Numbered from the stretch's first letter, positions 47,033-57,543 are shown. The stretch is 64,000 bases of DNA from Spirochaetales bacterium (GCA_027021365.1 JALUUM010000008.1:2804-66803); one strand, 5' to 3'. Numbers and translations: made by a program. Notes: a model not told the origin generated them from the sequence alone.

Positions 47033-48864
47033 GCGAGGATTATTATTTTAAAAAAATATTTTATTTGCTCACGGTAGTAATGGGAGCCGTATTATCACTA
47101 TCACTTTCCGGGTGTAAAGAATTGAGTATTGGCATAGAAAAGGTAGAACAGGGTAATATTGTTTTTGTAGATTTTATTAATGCAACGAAAATACGAGGCG
47201 GAAATGAAGGTTTGATAGATTTCGGAGGAAAAACTATCGGAATGGGTGAGAAAGACGTGCAGATTTTAAGAATAAAGAATTCAGGTGCCGGGAATCTTGC
47301 AATTAATAATATGTTTTTTAGAGGGGAAATGTTTAATTTTGTGGAAGGTATCAATCCTGATTTTCCAATTACTATTCCCCCCGGTAAAACTATTGATATT
47401 TATTTAGAGTTCAATCCCCAAAAAGGGGGGGAGGAAAAAGGCCAGTTTTTTATTGACACAGGATCTGCTATCCATGACTTTGATCTTGTCGGCATCGGGC
47501 TGTGGGTGCTTACAATATCGATCCCGAATACCGGAGCTGATAGTAATTGTACAATTGAATCTCCAGGTACAATCAATCCCGGTGAAACAAAAGTTTTTAC
47601 ATCCGAGACAGGTGTTTTTACGCTTAAATGTGTTCCGGACATGCTTTACGAGTTCGTTCAGTGGACAATAGATGGCACTCCGGATGCTTCGCCTGTATTT
47701 GAAAATGTAAATGCAAAAGAAACCACAGTTGTTTTATACAGTCATACTTCGATACACGCTACGATAAACAGTCCTTTCGTTAGGGTGCCGGATGACGAGG
47801 CAAATATCAATACCGCAATATCGACTGCAAGCAGTGCAGGACAATCAGTAGTAATAAGAGCCGGTACTTATGATGTTAACTATGACATAAACCTGCTTCC
47901 CGGAGTACCTGTTTATGGGGGATACAATACCACAGGTACACCCTGGACAGAGAGAAACTACAAAACAGCAGCAGACAGAACAGATTCAACCTACGCAACA
48001 ATTATAAACTTTACTGATACCACATCAAACATAAAATCCGGTGCAGGAATTAACAATGACGTAGTATTCGAAGGGTTTACTGTTCAGCGAAGTTCTGGAA
48101 GCAGCACCCCTCTTATCTCTTTAACTTCTGATACAAAAACTGTTGTCCGATACAATACACTTTTAGGAAATGGCGCCGGTGCCGCTGTAGAATTCAATGG
48201 AGCTTCCGCTTTAATCTCGGATAATGTGATAACAGGCGGAACAGGAGCTGCAGTTTATATTACCAACTATTCTTCTCCCCGTGTTGAAAACAATACCATA
48301 ACAGGCGGAACTAATTCCACCGATTATGAGCTTACTTATGGAATTAAAATATCAGAAAACAGCAACCCTGTAATCTATAAGAATACTGTCTCCGGAGGGA
48401 CTTCCTCCGGGACAGGGGGTCAGGCATACGGGATATCTGCAGATTTTGAATGCGAGCCAGAAATAATTGGCAATACAATAAGTGGCGGTTCAGCAACGGG
48501 GAATGACAGCAAAACGTATGGGATTTATTTGATCAACAATGGGAATGGGACAATCGGATACAACGATATCAACGGAAGCAATGGAAAATCTATGGCCTTC
48601 GCTGTATACGTTGCCTACGGCGGAAATCTCTATCTTGACTACAACAATATTTACACGACAGGCGGTTCTGACAGATACGGTATTTATATTGCTCAGGGGG
48701 GAAGAGTAAGGAGATTACTAAATAATGGGATGTACGATGCTTCTACAGCTCTGGTATTCGATTTTTTTAACGGGTCTTTTGATACGATAGATGATGTAAA
48801 TAACTATTTTCGTACCGACACAAATCTGGGTTATAGAATTGATATAACAATCCCTGTTTATTAA
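47029..48864 (+). CDS. Lipoprotein with an ASH/choice-of-anchor-D Ig domain and right-handed beta-helix repeats
   Basis: Lipobox LSG-C; IDFG..IKNSGAGNLAI; VYGGYN; repeated N.I.GG/YGI turns. Confidence 0.75.
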   Translation: MSEDYYFKKIFYLLTVVMGAVLSLSLSGCKELSIGIEKVEQGNIVFVDFINATKIRGGNEGLIDFGGKTIGMGEKDVQILRIKNSGAGNLAINNMFFRGEMFNFVEGINPDFPITIPPGKTIDIYLEFNPQKGGEEKGQFFIDTGSAIHDFDLVGIGLWVLTISIPNTGADSNCTIESPGTINPGETKVFTSETGVFTLKCVPDMLYEFVQWTIDGTPDASPVFENVNAKETTVVLYSHTSIHATINSPFVRVPDDEANINTAISTASSAGQSVVIRAGTYDVNYDINLLPGVPVYGGYNTTGTPWTERNYKTAADRTDSTYATIINFTDTTSNIKSGAGINNDVVFEGFTVQRSSGSSTPLISLTSDTKTVVRYNTLLGNGAGAAVEFNGASALISDNVITGGTGAAVYITNYSSPRVENNTITGGTNSTDYELTYGIKISENSNPVIYKNTVSGGTSSGTGGQAYGISADFECEPEIIGNTISGGSATGNDSKTYGIYLINNGNGTIGYNDINGSNGKSMAFAVYVAYGGNLYLDYNNIYTTGGSDRYGIYIAQGGRVRRLLNNGMYDASTALVFDFFNGSFDTIDDVNNYFRTDTNLGYRIDITIPVY

Positions 48865-48895
48865 TGTGTATTAAGAAAATTATGAAGGTAAATAG

Positions 48896-49903
48896 ATGAA
48901 GAATAAAAAAAATAAAAAACTCCTTTATATATCTTTATTTTCAGCAATTATCATTCTTATCTTAAGTGGATGCCCGAATACTTCTTTCAACGGCCCAATC
49001 CTGGATGGGCCGAGAAATATAATAATTGATGTCGATAACAGGGTTTTTAATTCCCAGGATGCAGCAAATGAGTGGGAAAAAGGCCTTGGGCTGGATAAGA
49101 TTACTTTTACAGTAAATCTTGAAGGTGGGAGTGGGAATGTGGAACAGGAGATGCTGCCTACAGATATAGATTCAACTTATAATTTTACCCAAGTTTCCAT
49201 ACCTATTGAGGGTAAACTCTTAAGCATAAATGCAGTGGGATCTCATGGTACAGATACATTTACTGCCATGATTAATGATGAAAGCATATTTGATGATTAT
49301 GCCGGGTGGGAAGTTTTTGCAAATGTTCTTAAATTTAAGCTCGGTTTTCAGATCAGCGATGATATAGCAAATTCATATTTAGCGTTTTCTATTTGTCCAC
49401 GTGGCGGAAATTCTGTTGTACTTAAATACGACTCGGGTGTTACGGCACCTGCAGATCAACAAACAGATTGGGGAGGCACAGCCCTGTCAAGTAAGCAGAT
49501 TGCCATTGAACCGGTTTTTAATGAGAATCCAACAGGGTTAACATTTGACGTTTATACGCTTGTTGTGGATAAAAACTTGCGTGATCTCTATTTCGGACCA
49601 TTAAACCCGGATAAAGACGGCGGCTACTACCAACACCACCCGTGGAAAGAGATTTGGGAGTACAATGAAATCACCAAGACAGGATTGCAGATTGGTAATA
49701 AAATTTATAGGTTAAAGAAGTACAATACAGATCCGTTATCTGCTGTAGAACCTATGGGGGATGGAGTTGGATATAACTCTTATCTCATCGATCTGACAGC
49801 AGAAACGACAGACCCTGTGGGTAAGTATCTATTAATTGCACTTATCCTAACTTATGAAGGACTTTCTATACCAACAAAGACTGATATTATAGAAATAAAA
49901 TAA
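48896..49903 (+). CDS. Hypothetical lipoprotein
   Basis: Basic N-terminus, lipobox ILSG-C. Confidence 0.7.
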   Translation: MKNKKNKKLLYISLFSAIIILILSGCPNTSFNGPILDGPRNIIIDVDNRVFNSQDAANEWEKGLGLDKITFTVNLEGGSGNVEQEMLPTDIDSTYNFTQVSIPIEGKLLSINAVGSHGTDTFTAMINDESIFDDYAGWEVFANVLKFKLGFQISDDIANSYLAFSICPRGGNSVVLKYDSGVTAPADQQTDWGGTALSSKQIAIEPVFNENPTGLTFDVYTLVVDKNLRDLYFGPLNPDKDGGYYQHHPWKEIWEYNEITKTGLQIGNKIYRLKKYNTDPLSAVEPMGDGVGYNSYLIDLTAETTDPVGKYLLIALILTYEGLSIPTKTDIIEIK

Positions 49904-49973
49904 ATAAACTTGTCTGATTCATTGTTACTTGCCAGCTATAGATTCTAATTCTTTGCAAATTAGCCAAAGTTTA

Positions 49974-50283
49974 TTACAATAATCCGCCCAAGAATGTTTC
50001 CTGATACCCTTCCATTCCTGCCAAACACCGTAAGTATGGTGTCTCTTTTATTTGCTCTACCACTTCCTCGTCACTTAATCCTAATTTCTCCTTTATGATC
50101 AATGCTCCCAATGCCATCCGAAATGGCTTGGCAGGTGTCCCCGTAAGATTCTTTTCTGTACATTCTCCTCTACCTGGTGCAAGGTTTTTTTACCATTTTT
50201 CCCCATTTTCCTTGCACTTCAGGGTTAATATTTGTCATATATCTCTTTATCTTGTAAAGCATTGTTGCTTTTTCAGGAAACCC
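49974..50283 (-). mobile_element. IS5-family remnant: one terminal IR plus an internally deleted transposase fragment
   Basis: Minus strand: end GGGTTTCCTGAAAAA next to CTAG; GAGGAG then ATG TAC AGA AAA (MYRK) at 50163; in a shifted frame GTPAKPFRMALGALIIKEKLGLSDEEVVEQIKETPYL, a typical IS5 N-terminal motif; stop at 49974. Confidence 0.8.
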
Positions 50284-50389
50284 TAGTTAGATTTGAAATG
50301 ACACATCTCTTCTTCGGATCAGATTTCCGATGATTCAACGATAACTCTTTCCTTTAAAGATTGTTTAAATTATCATATAGAAAGCAATC

Positions 50390-51382
50390 ATGAAACGTAG
50401 CATTATCCTGCCAGCTTTCATACTGTCTTACGTCCTCTTCTTAACAATAAACTTCCAGTTAAACGGAGAAGTCCTCGCACCACCCCCCGTTTCAACCTTT
50501 CCCGAAGTACCGGGAACCGGGTTTTTCCCATCGGTAGCAGCCTGGACATATGTAAACCATTACTTTCCAGAATACAGCGACCCGTATCACAACTGGAAAT
50601 ACGAGATTGGAAGCTTTTTCACCTTCTACAGCATGGACTTTGGTAAAAGCCCACCTTCACCTGCAGACGGGAAAAATACTCCAATGACACTGGGAATAGG
50701 CGGTACAGGCAGAGCCATCATAAGGACCCGACTTGCAGAGGATAAGGGACAGTGGTTCTTCTGGCCATATATAATTGTAAACGACCTTAAACTTGTAAGC
50801 TTTTTAAAAGCAGATTTTGCCACATTCAGTCTCTACTTCAGGCACGACTGTAAGCATGACCTGGACACTTCCAGGGTAAGACTGATAATTCATGACATCT
50901 TAGGGGCAGAAATCCGAACATCAACGGCAAGGCTATTCTGGGGAAACTCGCCCGGCAGGATAAGGGCAAAACCCATCCAAGACAAAAGACTTTCCAGCGG
51001 TATTTCAGGCAATCTCATGGCAGAATACACTGTAAGACCGGTCTTCCAGGAGTATCCCAGAGAGATAGACGACTTCACCCTTGCAGGCTCCATGGAACTG
51101 GAGCTCCTTAGAATCCCCAATACGGTTACTATCTTTGCAGAGGGAAGAATTGCAGGAATACTTCGCGAGAGGAACGTGTCCACAGGGGAAAGAGGCTGGG
51201 ATACGGACTGGCTTTTGAGGCTCGGTGTAAGACTACCGACCGCTATAAAAGGCTTTACAATTTACCTGGAAAGGGAACATTTAACCGACGACTGGGTATC
51301 ACAGGGAAGGCAGCCCGTAGACCTCTTTTCCTTCGGACTTGCTGCCAAAATAGAAGCATTTAGCAAAAAAACAGGCCAATAA
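50390..51382 (+). CDS. Exported protein, possible outer-membrane beta-barrel
   Basis: Signal peptide, amphipathic strands. Confidence 0.55.
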   Translation: MKRSIILPAFILSYVLFLTINFQLNGEVLAPPPVSTFPEVPGTGFFPSVAAWTYVNHYFPEYSDPYHNWKYEIGSFFTFYSMDFGKSPPSPADGKNTPMTLGIGGTGRAIIRTRLAEDKGQWFFWPYIIVNDLKLVSFLKADFATFSLYFRHDCKHDLDTSRVRLIIHDILGAEIRTSTARLFWGNSPGRIRAKPIQDKRLSSGISGNLMAEYTVRPVFQEYPREIDDFTLAGSMELELLRIPNTVTIFAEGRIAGILRERNVSTGERGWDTDWLLRLGVRLPTAIKGFTIYLEREHLTDDWVSQGRQPVDLFSFGLAAKIEAFSKKTGQ

Positions 51383-51391
51383 AATAAATCC

Positions 51392-52567
51392 CTATTTATC
51401 CATGTGAACATCGAGCTGGGGAAAGGGTATCACCACGCCGTTTTCCTTGAAACTTCTCCATATCTCCATATTAATGGCAGACAGTGCATCGAGTTTCTTT
51501 ACAGAATCCGGAATCCAGCTCCACAGTTCAACAAGTATGCCTGAATCCTGAAACTCGGCAATCCTTACACCCGGTTCCGGCCGTTTAAGTACATAATCTG
51601 ATTTCTCTGCAATTTCCAGAAGAAGCTTCTCCACCAGCTCCAGGTCAGCACCGTATGAAACCTGAACCTTATTTACAATTATTATGCGTCTGTCCTTGTA
51701 TGAATAGTTATGTATATTGTTACCCACGAGTTTGCTGTTGGGGACGACTATCGTTTCATTCGTAAGGGTATTTATGATCGTGGATCGCAACCTTATCTGA
51801 ACGACATCCCCCTCCAAACCCGCAACCAGGACCCTGTCTCCCTCCTTAAGGGGGCGCTCGAATATTATCACGAGGCCGGCAAAGAAATTGGCAACGGTAT
51901 CCTGCAGGCCGAAACCGACACCTATACCGAGCACACCGAAAATCACGGCAAGAGAGGAGAGGTTGATCCCTATCAGGGAAAGCCCCACTATCACAACGAT
52001 GGCGAGAACGGTGTAACGCACAAGGGTTGAAATGGAAAACTTCGTCGATTCATCTATCGTTATCCTGTTCAGGAGGGATGAATCGACGAAGTTCTTCGTG
52101 GCACGGGCCATCCATGATGCAATGTAGAATACGGGGACGGCAAGAATCAATGTTACTATGGATATGCTTGTTCCGCCGGAGGAGAAAAAGGGCTGTTTCA
52201 GTACGTTCCATATGCCAAGGAGGTACTTCTGTATCTCCGTTTCGAAGAAGTTTCCTATAAGTATTGCAAGCACGAGCAGCAGGACGAGCCTGAAGAAGAG
52301 CCGGGTATAATGATATATGATACCCTTCGTTTCTTCCTTCAGTTTCTCCGGTTTGTAGATGAGTTTCTTTGAAAAAAACAGTATCAGCTTGTAAGCGAAA
52401 AGTATCCCTACGAGCGGCAGAATAAAGCGCAGGAGAGCCTGAAGCGGTGAAAAGGAAAGTTCTATGTTTCCTACCCTTAGAGGGAGGGTTATCCAGTTCA
52501 TTATACTATCTACCACACTCCTCTTTTCGGCATAATATGGGATAAACTTGTTATTGATATCATGCAT
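51392..52567 (-). CDS. MscS family mechanosensitive channel
   Basis: GIGVGFGLQDTVANFFAG, ERPLKEGD, VPNSKL, IPFPQ. Confidence 0.93.
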   Translation of the reverse strand: MHDINNKFIPYYAEKRSVVDSIMNWITLPLRVGNIELSFSPLQALLRFILPLVGILFAYKLILFFSKKLIYKPEKLKEETKGIIYHYTRLFFRLVLLLVLAILIGNFFETEIQKYLLGIWNVLKQPFFSSGGTSISIVTLILAVPVFYIASWMARATKNFVDSSLLNRITIDESTKFSISTLVRYTVLAIVVIVGLSLIGINLSSLAVIFGVLGIGVGFGLQDTVANFFAGLVIIFERPLKEGDRVLVAGLEGDVVQIRLRSTIINTLTNETIVVPNSKLVGNNIHNYSYKDRRIIIVNKVQVSYGADLELVEKLLLEIAEKSDYVLKRPEPGVRIAEFQDSGILVELWSWIPDSVKKLDALSAINMEIWRSFKENGVVIPFPQLDVHMDK

Positions 52568-52714
52568 GTATATCGTGTTATATCACGTTATATCAACGCT
52601 GAGCTTCTCTTTCGGTAACTCCTGTGAAAAATCACCGGGAAAAGATTTTTTAACTTGTTATTCCAAGCAAGAATTGATTATATTTAACTAACCAAAAAAC
52701 AGGAGAGAGACCAG

Positions 52715-53167
52715 ATGGCTATAAACTTGATCGATTATATGAGCCCCAGCAGAGTCATTTTTCCCAAAGCAAAAACAAAAGAGGGCGTTATAGAAGAGCT
52801 CATAGAAGTGGCGGAAAAGGACGGGAAGGTAGAAGACGCTTCGAAAATGAAGAAATACCTCCTCCAGAGGGAAGAAATAGTAAGCACCGGAATCGGATTT
52901 GGTGTAGCCATTCCCCACGTGAAAGTACCGGAGGTGAATGACTTTTTCATAACAATCGGTATCCACAAGGAGGGCGTGGACTGGGGCTCGCTGGACAACA
53001 AGCCGGCTTATATCATCTTCATGATAATAGGCCCCGACAACCAGCAGGAAAAGTACCTGAGGATACTTGCCAAGCTCACCCTTGTAATAAGAAACCCGAA
53101 CAGGCGGGAAAAATTGCAAAAAAGCAATTCACCTGAAGAGGTTCTGGCAATATTCAAAGACCTTTAA
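52715..53167 (+). CDS. PTS EIIA (fructose/Ntr-type) domain protein
   Basis: REEIVSTGIGFGVAIPH, DWGSLDNKP. Confidence 0.9.
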   Translation: MAINLIDYMSPSRVIFPKAKTKEGVIEELIEVAEKDGKVEDASKMKKYLLQREEIVSTGIGFGVAIPHVKVPEVNDFFITIGIHKEGVDWGSLDNKPAYIIFMIIGPDNQQEKYLRILAKLTLVIRNPNRREKLQKSNSPEEVLAIFKDL

Positions 53168-53295
53168 TATGATTACGGTATAATTAAGGGATATAATTCG
53201 GACAATTACGGAGCTGATATCGATTCCCGGTAAGAGAGAGACGGGAACAGCCCCGACCAACTATCAATAAAGAAAGAACTCGTGAGGGTATCGTT

Positions 53296-54513
53296 ATGGA
53301 AATAGGGACCCTTGGTTACCTCGCACTTTCCTTAATAGTGATATACGCCACAAAGAAGTTCGTCGACAGGGCATACCTCCCTGCCGTTACAGGCTACGTA
53401 ATAGTGGGAGTCCTTGCCGGAGCTTCGGTTCTCAATTTCATTTCCAAGGACGTGATAGATGATTTCAGCATAGTTTCAGATATAGCTCTTGGCATAATAG
53501 CATTCAGCATAGGAATAGAGCTGAACAGGGAAACACTCTCCAAGCTGGGTAAATCAATAATGTTCATTGCCTTCTTCGAGGGCTTCGGAGCCTTCGTTGT
53601 GGTTACAACGGTTACATACCTCATAGATCCTACAGCCCTATATAGGGCGTTTATCTTCGGCTCCATAGCCTCTGCAACGGCACCGGCGGCAACAGTTTAC
53701 GTAATCCAGCAGTACAAGGCCAGGGGCCCCCTTACCTCCACCATCCTTGCCGTAGTCGGTATAGACGACGCCATAGCCCTTACAATTTACGTCTTTGCAT
53801 CGCTATTCGCATCCAGCATGCTATCCAACGCCGAGCTCTCCGTGGCGAAGCTTATCCTTACGCCGGTAATCAAGATCTCTCTCTCGCTCCTCCTCGGCGG
53901 AGTCGTGGGGTTCTTATACTACGCCATCTTTCGAAAGATCAGGCATACAGACGAACTCTCCATAGGCATTGCGGCTTCCATTCTCCTGGTAATGGCAGTA
54001 GCCGAGCGCTTCGACTTATCCGAGCTCCTCTCCGTTATGACATTGGGAGCATTTCTCGCAAACACCAATCCGATGCTTGCAAACAGGTCACACAAAACGG
54101 TGGAGAATTTCTCGCCAATCTTCCTTCCCCTATTCTTCATGCTTGCCGGTGCAAGGCTCGATGTCACATTGATAGGTAAGATAGGAATCTTAGGATTGAT
54201 ATATACCGCGGCGAGGTTTGCCGGAAAAATCGGAGGGGCCTCACTCGGTGCCATGCTGGGCGGCGCCCCGAGGGTTGTAAAGAAATATGTGGGCTTTTCT
54301 CTTCTTCCGCAGGTGGGGGTTGCAATCGCCCTCTCCCTCGCTGTACAGAAGAAGTTCGGCTCAGGCAAGTACGGACAGGCAGGGATCGAGATGGCAGGTA
54401 TCGTCATAAACCTTCTACTGTTCACCACCATCATCACAGAAATAGTAGGCCCCATTCTAACGAGGATAAGCCTAAGCAGGGCGGGAGAAATAAACCAAGG
54501 AGAGAAAAGATAA
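53296..54513 (+). CDS. Cation:proton antiporter (CPA family)
   Basis: Multiple TM helices, ATAPAAT, VVGIDDA, LPQVGVAI. Confidence 0.9.
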   Translation: MEIGTLGYLALSLIVIYATKKFVDRAYLPAVTGYVIVGVLAGASVLNFISKDVIDDFSIVSDIALGIIAFSIGIELNRETLSKLGKSIMFIAFFEGFGAFVVVTTVTYLIDPTALYRAFIFGSIASATAPAATVYVIQQYKARGPLTSTILAVVGIDDAIALTIYVFASLFASSMLSNAELSVAKLILTPVIKISLSLLLGGVVGFLYYAIFRKIRHTDELSIGIAASILLVMAVAERFDLSELLSVMTLGAFLANTNPMLANRSHKTVENFSPIFLPLFFMLAGARLDVTLIGKIGILGLIYTAARFAGKIGGASLGAMLGGAPRVVKKYVGFSLLPQVGVAIALSLAVQKKFGSGKYGQAGIEMAGIVINLLLFTTIITEIVGPILTRISLSRAGEINQGEKR

Positions 54514-54529
54514 GTCAGAGGAGGAAATT

Positions 54530-54874
54530 ATGTATCTGCTTATAATTCAACTGTTCAAGAGCGAGTACAAGGATGATATTTTCCTCGCATTCACAAGTTG
54601 CGGAATCAAGAGAGCCTCCTTCTTCGAGGGTTTCAACCTGGACAAGGTTCTTCAACAGGAATTTTCCCTATTCAGCGGAATAATAAGGACGAAGGAGCAG
54701 AAGGAACGGTACTCCATGCTCATTACCGGGGTTGTCGACAAGAAAGAGAGAGTGGAAGATTTTATAAACGTTCTCAAAGAGGCTGACATCGATATAAAGA
54801 AGGAAGACATCCTGAGAATCGTGCTCATTCCTGCAGCAGTAGTCATAGACAGTGAGCTCTCATACGAGGAATAA
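54530..54874 (+). CDS. PII-like small protein
   Basis: 114 aa, beta-alpha pattern (MYLLII..CGIKRASFFEG..LITGVV..RIVLIP), directly after the antiporter. Confidence 0.55.
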   Translation: MYLLIIQLFKSEYKDDIFLAFTSCGIKRASFFEGFNLDKVLQQEFSLFSGIIRTKEQKERYSMLITGVVDKKERVEDFINVLKEADIDIKKEDILRIVLIPAAVVIDSELSYEE

Positions 54875-54875
54875 C

Positions 54876-55688
54876 ATGAAAGCTTCAGATTCCACAGGCT
54901 CTGCAGACTTACAAGCCCGTATTGCCGAGGCGGCAAGTATCATTCTGAAATCTTCACATTTAACGGCATTCACAGGGGCGGGAATATCCGTAGAGAGCGG
55001 TATTCCGCCTTTTCGTGGAGAGAATGGCCTGTGGAGCAAGTACAACCCACAAATACTTGAGATAAATTACTTTCTAAGGCATCCCGAAGAATCCTGGAAG
55101 GTGATACGCAAGATATTCTACGATCACTTCGAGAGGGCAGAACCCAATCCGGCACACAGGATACTTGCGAAGTGGGAACACTCCGGATTATTGAAGGCCA
55201 CGATAACCCAGAACATCGATAACCTTCACTTTCGGGCGGGAAGCAGAAATGTAATCGAGTATCACGGAAACTCGAGGGAACTGACCTGCCTTGAATGTGG
55301 TAAGATTTTCAACGTAGAGGAGGAAGAGCCTGGCACAATATTTAAGACCATGCCGCCCAGGTGCAGTTGCGGCGGTATTCTAAAGCCGCGCTTTGTCTTC
55401 TTCGGAGAAGGGATACCCCCGGAAGCAGCGGTAGGTGCAGAGAGGGAGTCAAAGAAGAGCGATGTAATGCTTGTAATCGGAAGCACGGGGGAGGTTTACC
55501 CTGCAAGCCTCATACCCGCCATGGCAAAAGAGAGTGGCGCATCCATAGTAGAGATAAACACAGAAGCCTCAAACTATACCAATTCTGTAACCGATATTTT
55601 CATAAGGGCAAGGGCTACGAAGGCAATGCTTGCACTGGACGGAATGATAGCGCACGAAATGAAGCCGGGTAATAAAGAAAGTGAGTAA
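54876..55688 (+). CDS. cobB: NAD-dependent protein deacylase (sirtuin)
   Basis: TGAGISVESGIPPFRG, TQNIDNLH, HG, CxxC..CxC, FFGE, IGSTG. Confidence 0.92.
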   Translation: MKASDSTGSADLQARIAEAASIILKSSHLTAFTGAGISVESGIPPFRGENGLWSKYNPQILEINYFLRHPEESWKVIRKIFYDHFERAEPNPAHRILAKWEHSGLLKATITQNIDNLHFRAGSRNVIEYHGNSRELTCLECGKIFNVEEEEPGTIFKTMPPRCSCGGILKPRFVFFGEGIPPEAAVGAERESKKSDVMLVIGSTGEVYPASLIPAMAKESGASIVEINTEASNYTNSVTDIFIRARATKAMLALDGMIAHEMKPGNKESE

Positions 55689-55739
55689 TAAAGAAGGCGA
55701 GGGCCCTGGAAAACGAGTCAGAGGAGCAGAGGAGTTAAA

Positions 55740-56759
55740 ATGAAGATATATGACTTAAGAAGCGATACGATAACAAAACCCGATGAGGGAATGCGAAAAG
55801 CCATGTACACAGCCGAAGTAGGAGACGATGTTTACCACGAGGATCCTACCGTGAACAGGTTGGAAGAAATGGCTGCCGAAATAACAGGCAAGGAGAAGGC
55901 CATTTTCGTCACATCGGGCTCCATGGGAAACCTCATCCCTGCAATAATAAACTGCGGAAGAGGAAACGAACTGCTCATCGACTACAGGGGACACATGATT
56001 CACTACGAACTCGCCTCTGTTTCCTCCATTGCAGGAGCTCTTCCGGTGAGCATCGTTACGGATGACGGTATCCTTACCCCCGAACTCCTCAAGGGAAAAG
56101 TTCAGCCCGACATCTATTACATGGCACGTACAAGAATGATAGTTGTGGAGAACACTCACAACCTGGCCGGGGGCACCTTTTATGAGAGGCAAAACCTTGC
56201 ACAAATAGCCTCCTTTGCAGAGGAACATTCCCTTAAAGTTCACATGGATGGCGCCAGGCTCTTCAATGCAGTTGTAGCCTCAGACATGAAGGCATCGGAG
56301 ATTGCAAGTTACGTGGATACCGTTACCTTCTGCCTTTCCAAGGGGCTTGGAGCTCCCGTTGGTGCAGTCCTCTGCGGTGAATCAGCCTTCATAGACGAGG
56401 CAAGGAGGGTTAGAAAGATGCTCGGAGGCGGAATGCGGCAGGCGGGAGTTCTTGCCGCTGCCGGCATTTACGCACTGGAAAACAACATCGATAGGATAAA
56501 GGAAGATCATGAAAAGGCATCGATGATAGCGGCTTCTCTTTCCCAAACAGAATGGGCAGAGATAGATACCAAAGCGGTAAAGACAAACATCGTATATTTC
56601 AAGACAGAAAATCCTGACAACATAGTGAATCTTTTAAGAGAAAATGGTATACTCTGTGGCAAGGCAGGAGACGATTCGATTCGAATGGTAACACATTTGA
56701 ATATTTCCATTGAAGATACCAAAGAGGTTTGCGGGATAATAGAAAATATCAGAGTCTAA
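55740..56759 (+). CDS. ltaE: Low-specificity L-threonine aldolase
   Basis: DLRSDTIT, VGDDV, ENTHN, HMDGARLFNA, CLSKGLGAPVG. Confidence 0.93.
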   Translation: MKIYDLRSDTITKPDEGMRKAMYTAEVGDDVYHEDPTVNRLEEMAAEITGKEKAIFVTSGSMGNLIPAIINCGRGNELLIDYRGHMIHYELASVSSIAGALPVSIVTDDGILTPELLKGKVQPDIYYMARTRMIVVENTHNLAGGTFYERQNLAQIASFAEEHSLKVHMDGARLFNAVVASDMKASEIASYVDTVTFCLSKGLGAPVGAVLCGESAFIDEARRVRKMLGGGMRQAGVLAAAGIYALENNIDRIKEDHEKASMIAASLSQTEWAEIDTKAVKTNIVYFKTENPDNIVNLLRENGILCGKAGDDSIRMVTHLNISIEDTKEVCGIIENIRV

Positions 56760-56776
56760 ATTTATAATTTTATAAC

Positions 56777-56804
56777 TTGAAAATTCAATATTTTATTCTA
56801 TAAT
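56777..56804 (+). promoter_or_regulatory. Putative GntR promoter overlapped by the palindrome TTGAAAATTCAA
   Basis: TTGAAA, 16 nt, TATAAT; palindrome at 56777-56788. Confidence 0.4.
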
Positions 56805-56832
56805 TATAGATAAAGTATCTGAAAGAATTTTA

Positions 56833-57543
56833 ATGGAGATCGACATGAATGACGACTTTTTGACTCCTCTATTCGAGAAAACAAGCAGGGCAGAAAATGT
56901 ATATGAAGCAATAAAGGAGGGCATAATCTCCGGGTACTGGAAGGCCGGCGAAAGAATAAACGACCAGGAACTGGCAGAGAAGTACCAGGTAAGCAGGTTG
57001 TCCGTACGAGAAGCCCTCTCAAAGCTTGTAGAGGCCAGAATACTGGAAAAGGTTCACTGGAAGGGCTACTACGTAAGAAAGATTACCTGGCAGGAGCTCG
57101 AATCAATTTTCGAGATAAGGGAAGCCCTTGAAGAACTTGCCATAAAACATGTCATGGAAAAGTTAAATGATGATATCCTCAAAGAACTCAAAAAGGCCAT
57201 AGACACATCGGAGAAGGATCTCAAGGCAAAGGACTTCGATTCGTTTCTGAAAACCGATTTTTACTTTCATGAAATCCTCTACAAGGAATCGGGCAACCCA
57301 TGGATCCCCTACATTCTCTCCGTTGCAAAGATTCTTATCGATATTCTCAGAAAGATAGAGAAGGGCCAGGATTGGGTCGATGTCGGCAGGGCAAGCATTT
57401 CAGAGCACAGGGAACTTCTGGAAGCAATGGCCGGCAGAAACAAGACGGAAGCTTTAAAAGTCCTTAAGAAACACCTTCAGCACCACAGGAAGAGGGTGAT
57501 GGATGAGTATAGGAGAATAGAAAAAGAGTCGGTTACCGGATAA
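56833..57543 (+). CDS. GntR (FCD) family transcriptional regulator
   Basis: GERI..ELAEKYQVSRLSVREAL HTH; FCD domain DFYFH..SGN..EH. Confidence 0.92.
   Translation: MEIDMNDDFLTPLFEKTSRAENVYEAIKEGIISGYWKAGERINDQELAEKYQVSRLSVREALSKLVEARILEKVHWKGYYVRKITWQELESIFEIREALEELAIKHVMEKLNDDILKELKKAIDTSEKDLKAKDFDSFLKTDFYFHEILYKESGNPWIPYILSVAKILIDILRKIEKGQDWVDVGRASISEHRELLEAMAGRNKTEALKVLKKHLQHHRKRVMDEYRRIEKESVTG

Noticed and set aside
50095-50286. 63-aa plus-strand ORF
   Set aside because: Antisense to the IS5 transposase remnant.
52688-53119. 143-aa minus-strand ORF
   Set aside because: Antisense to the well-supported EIIA gene.
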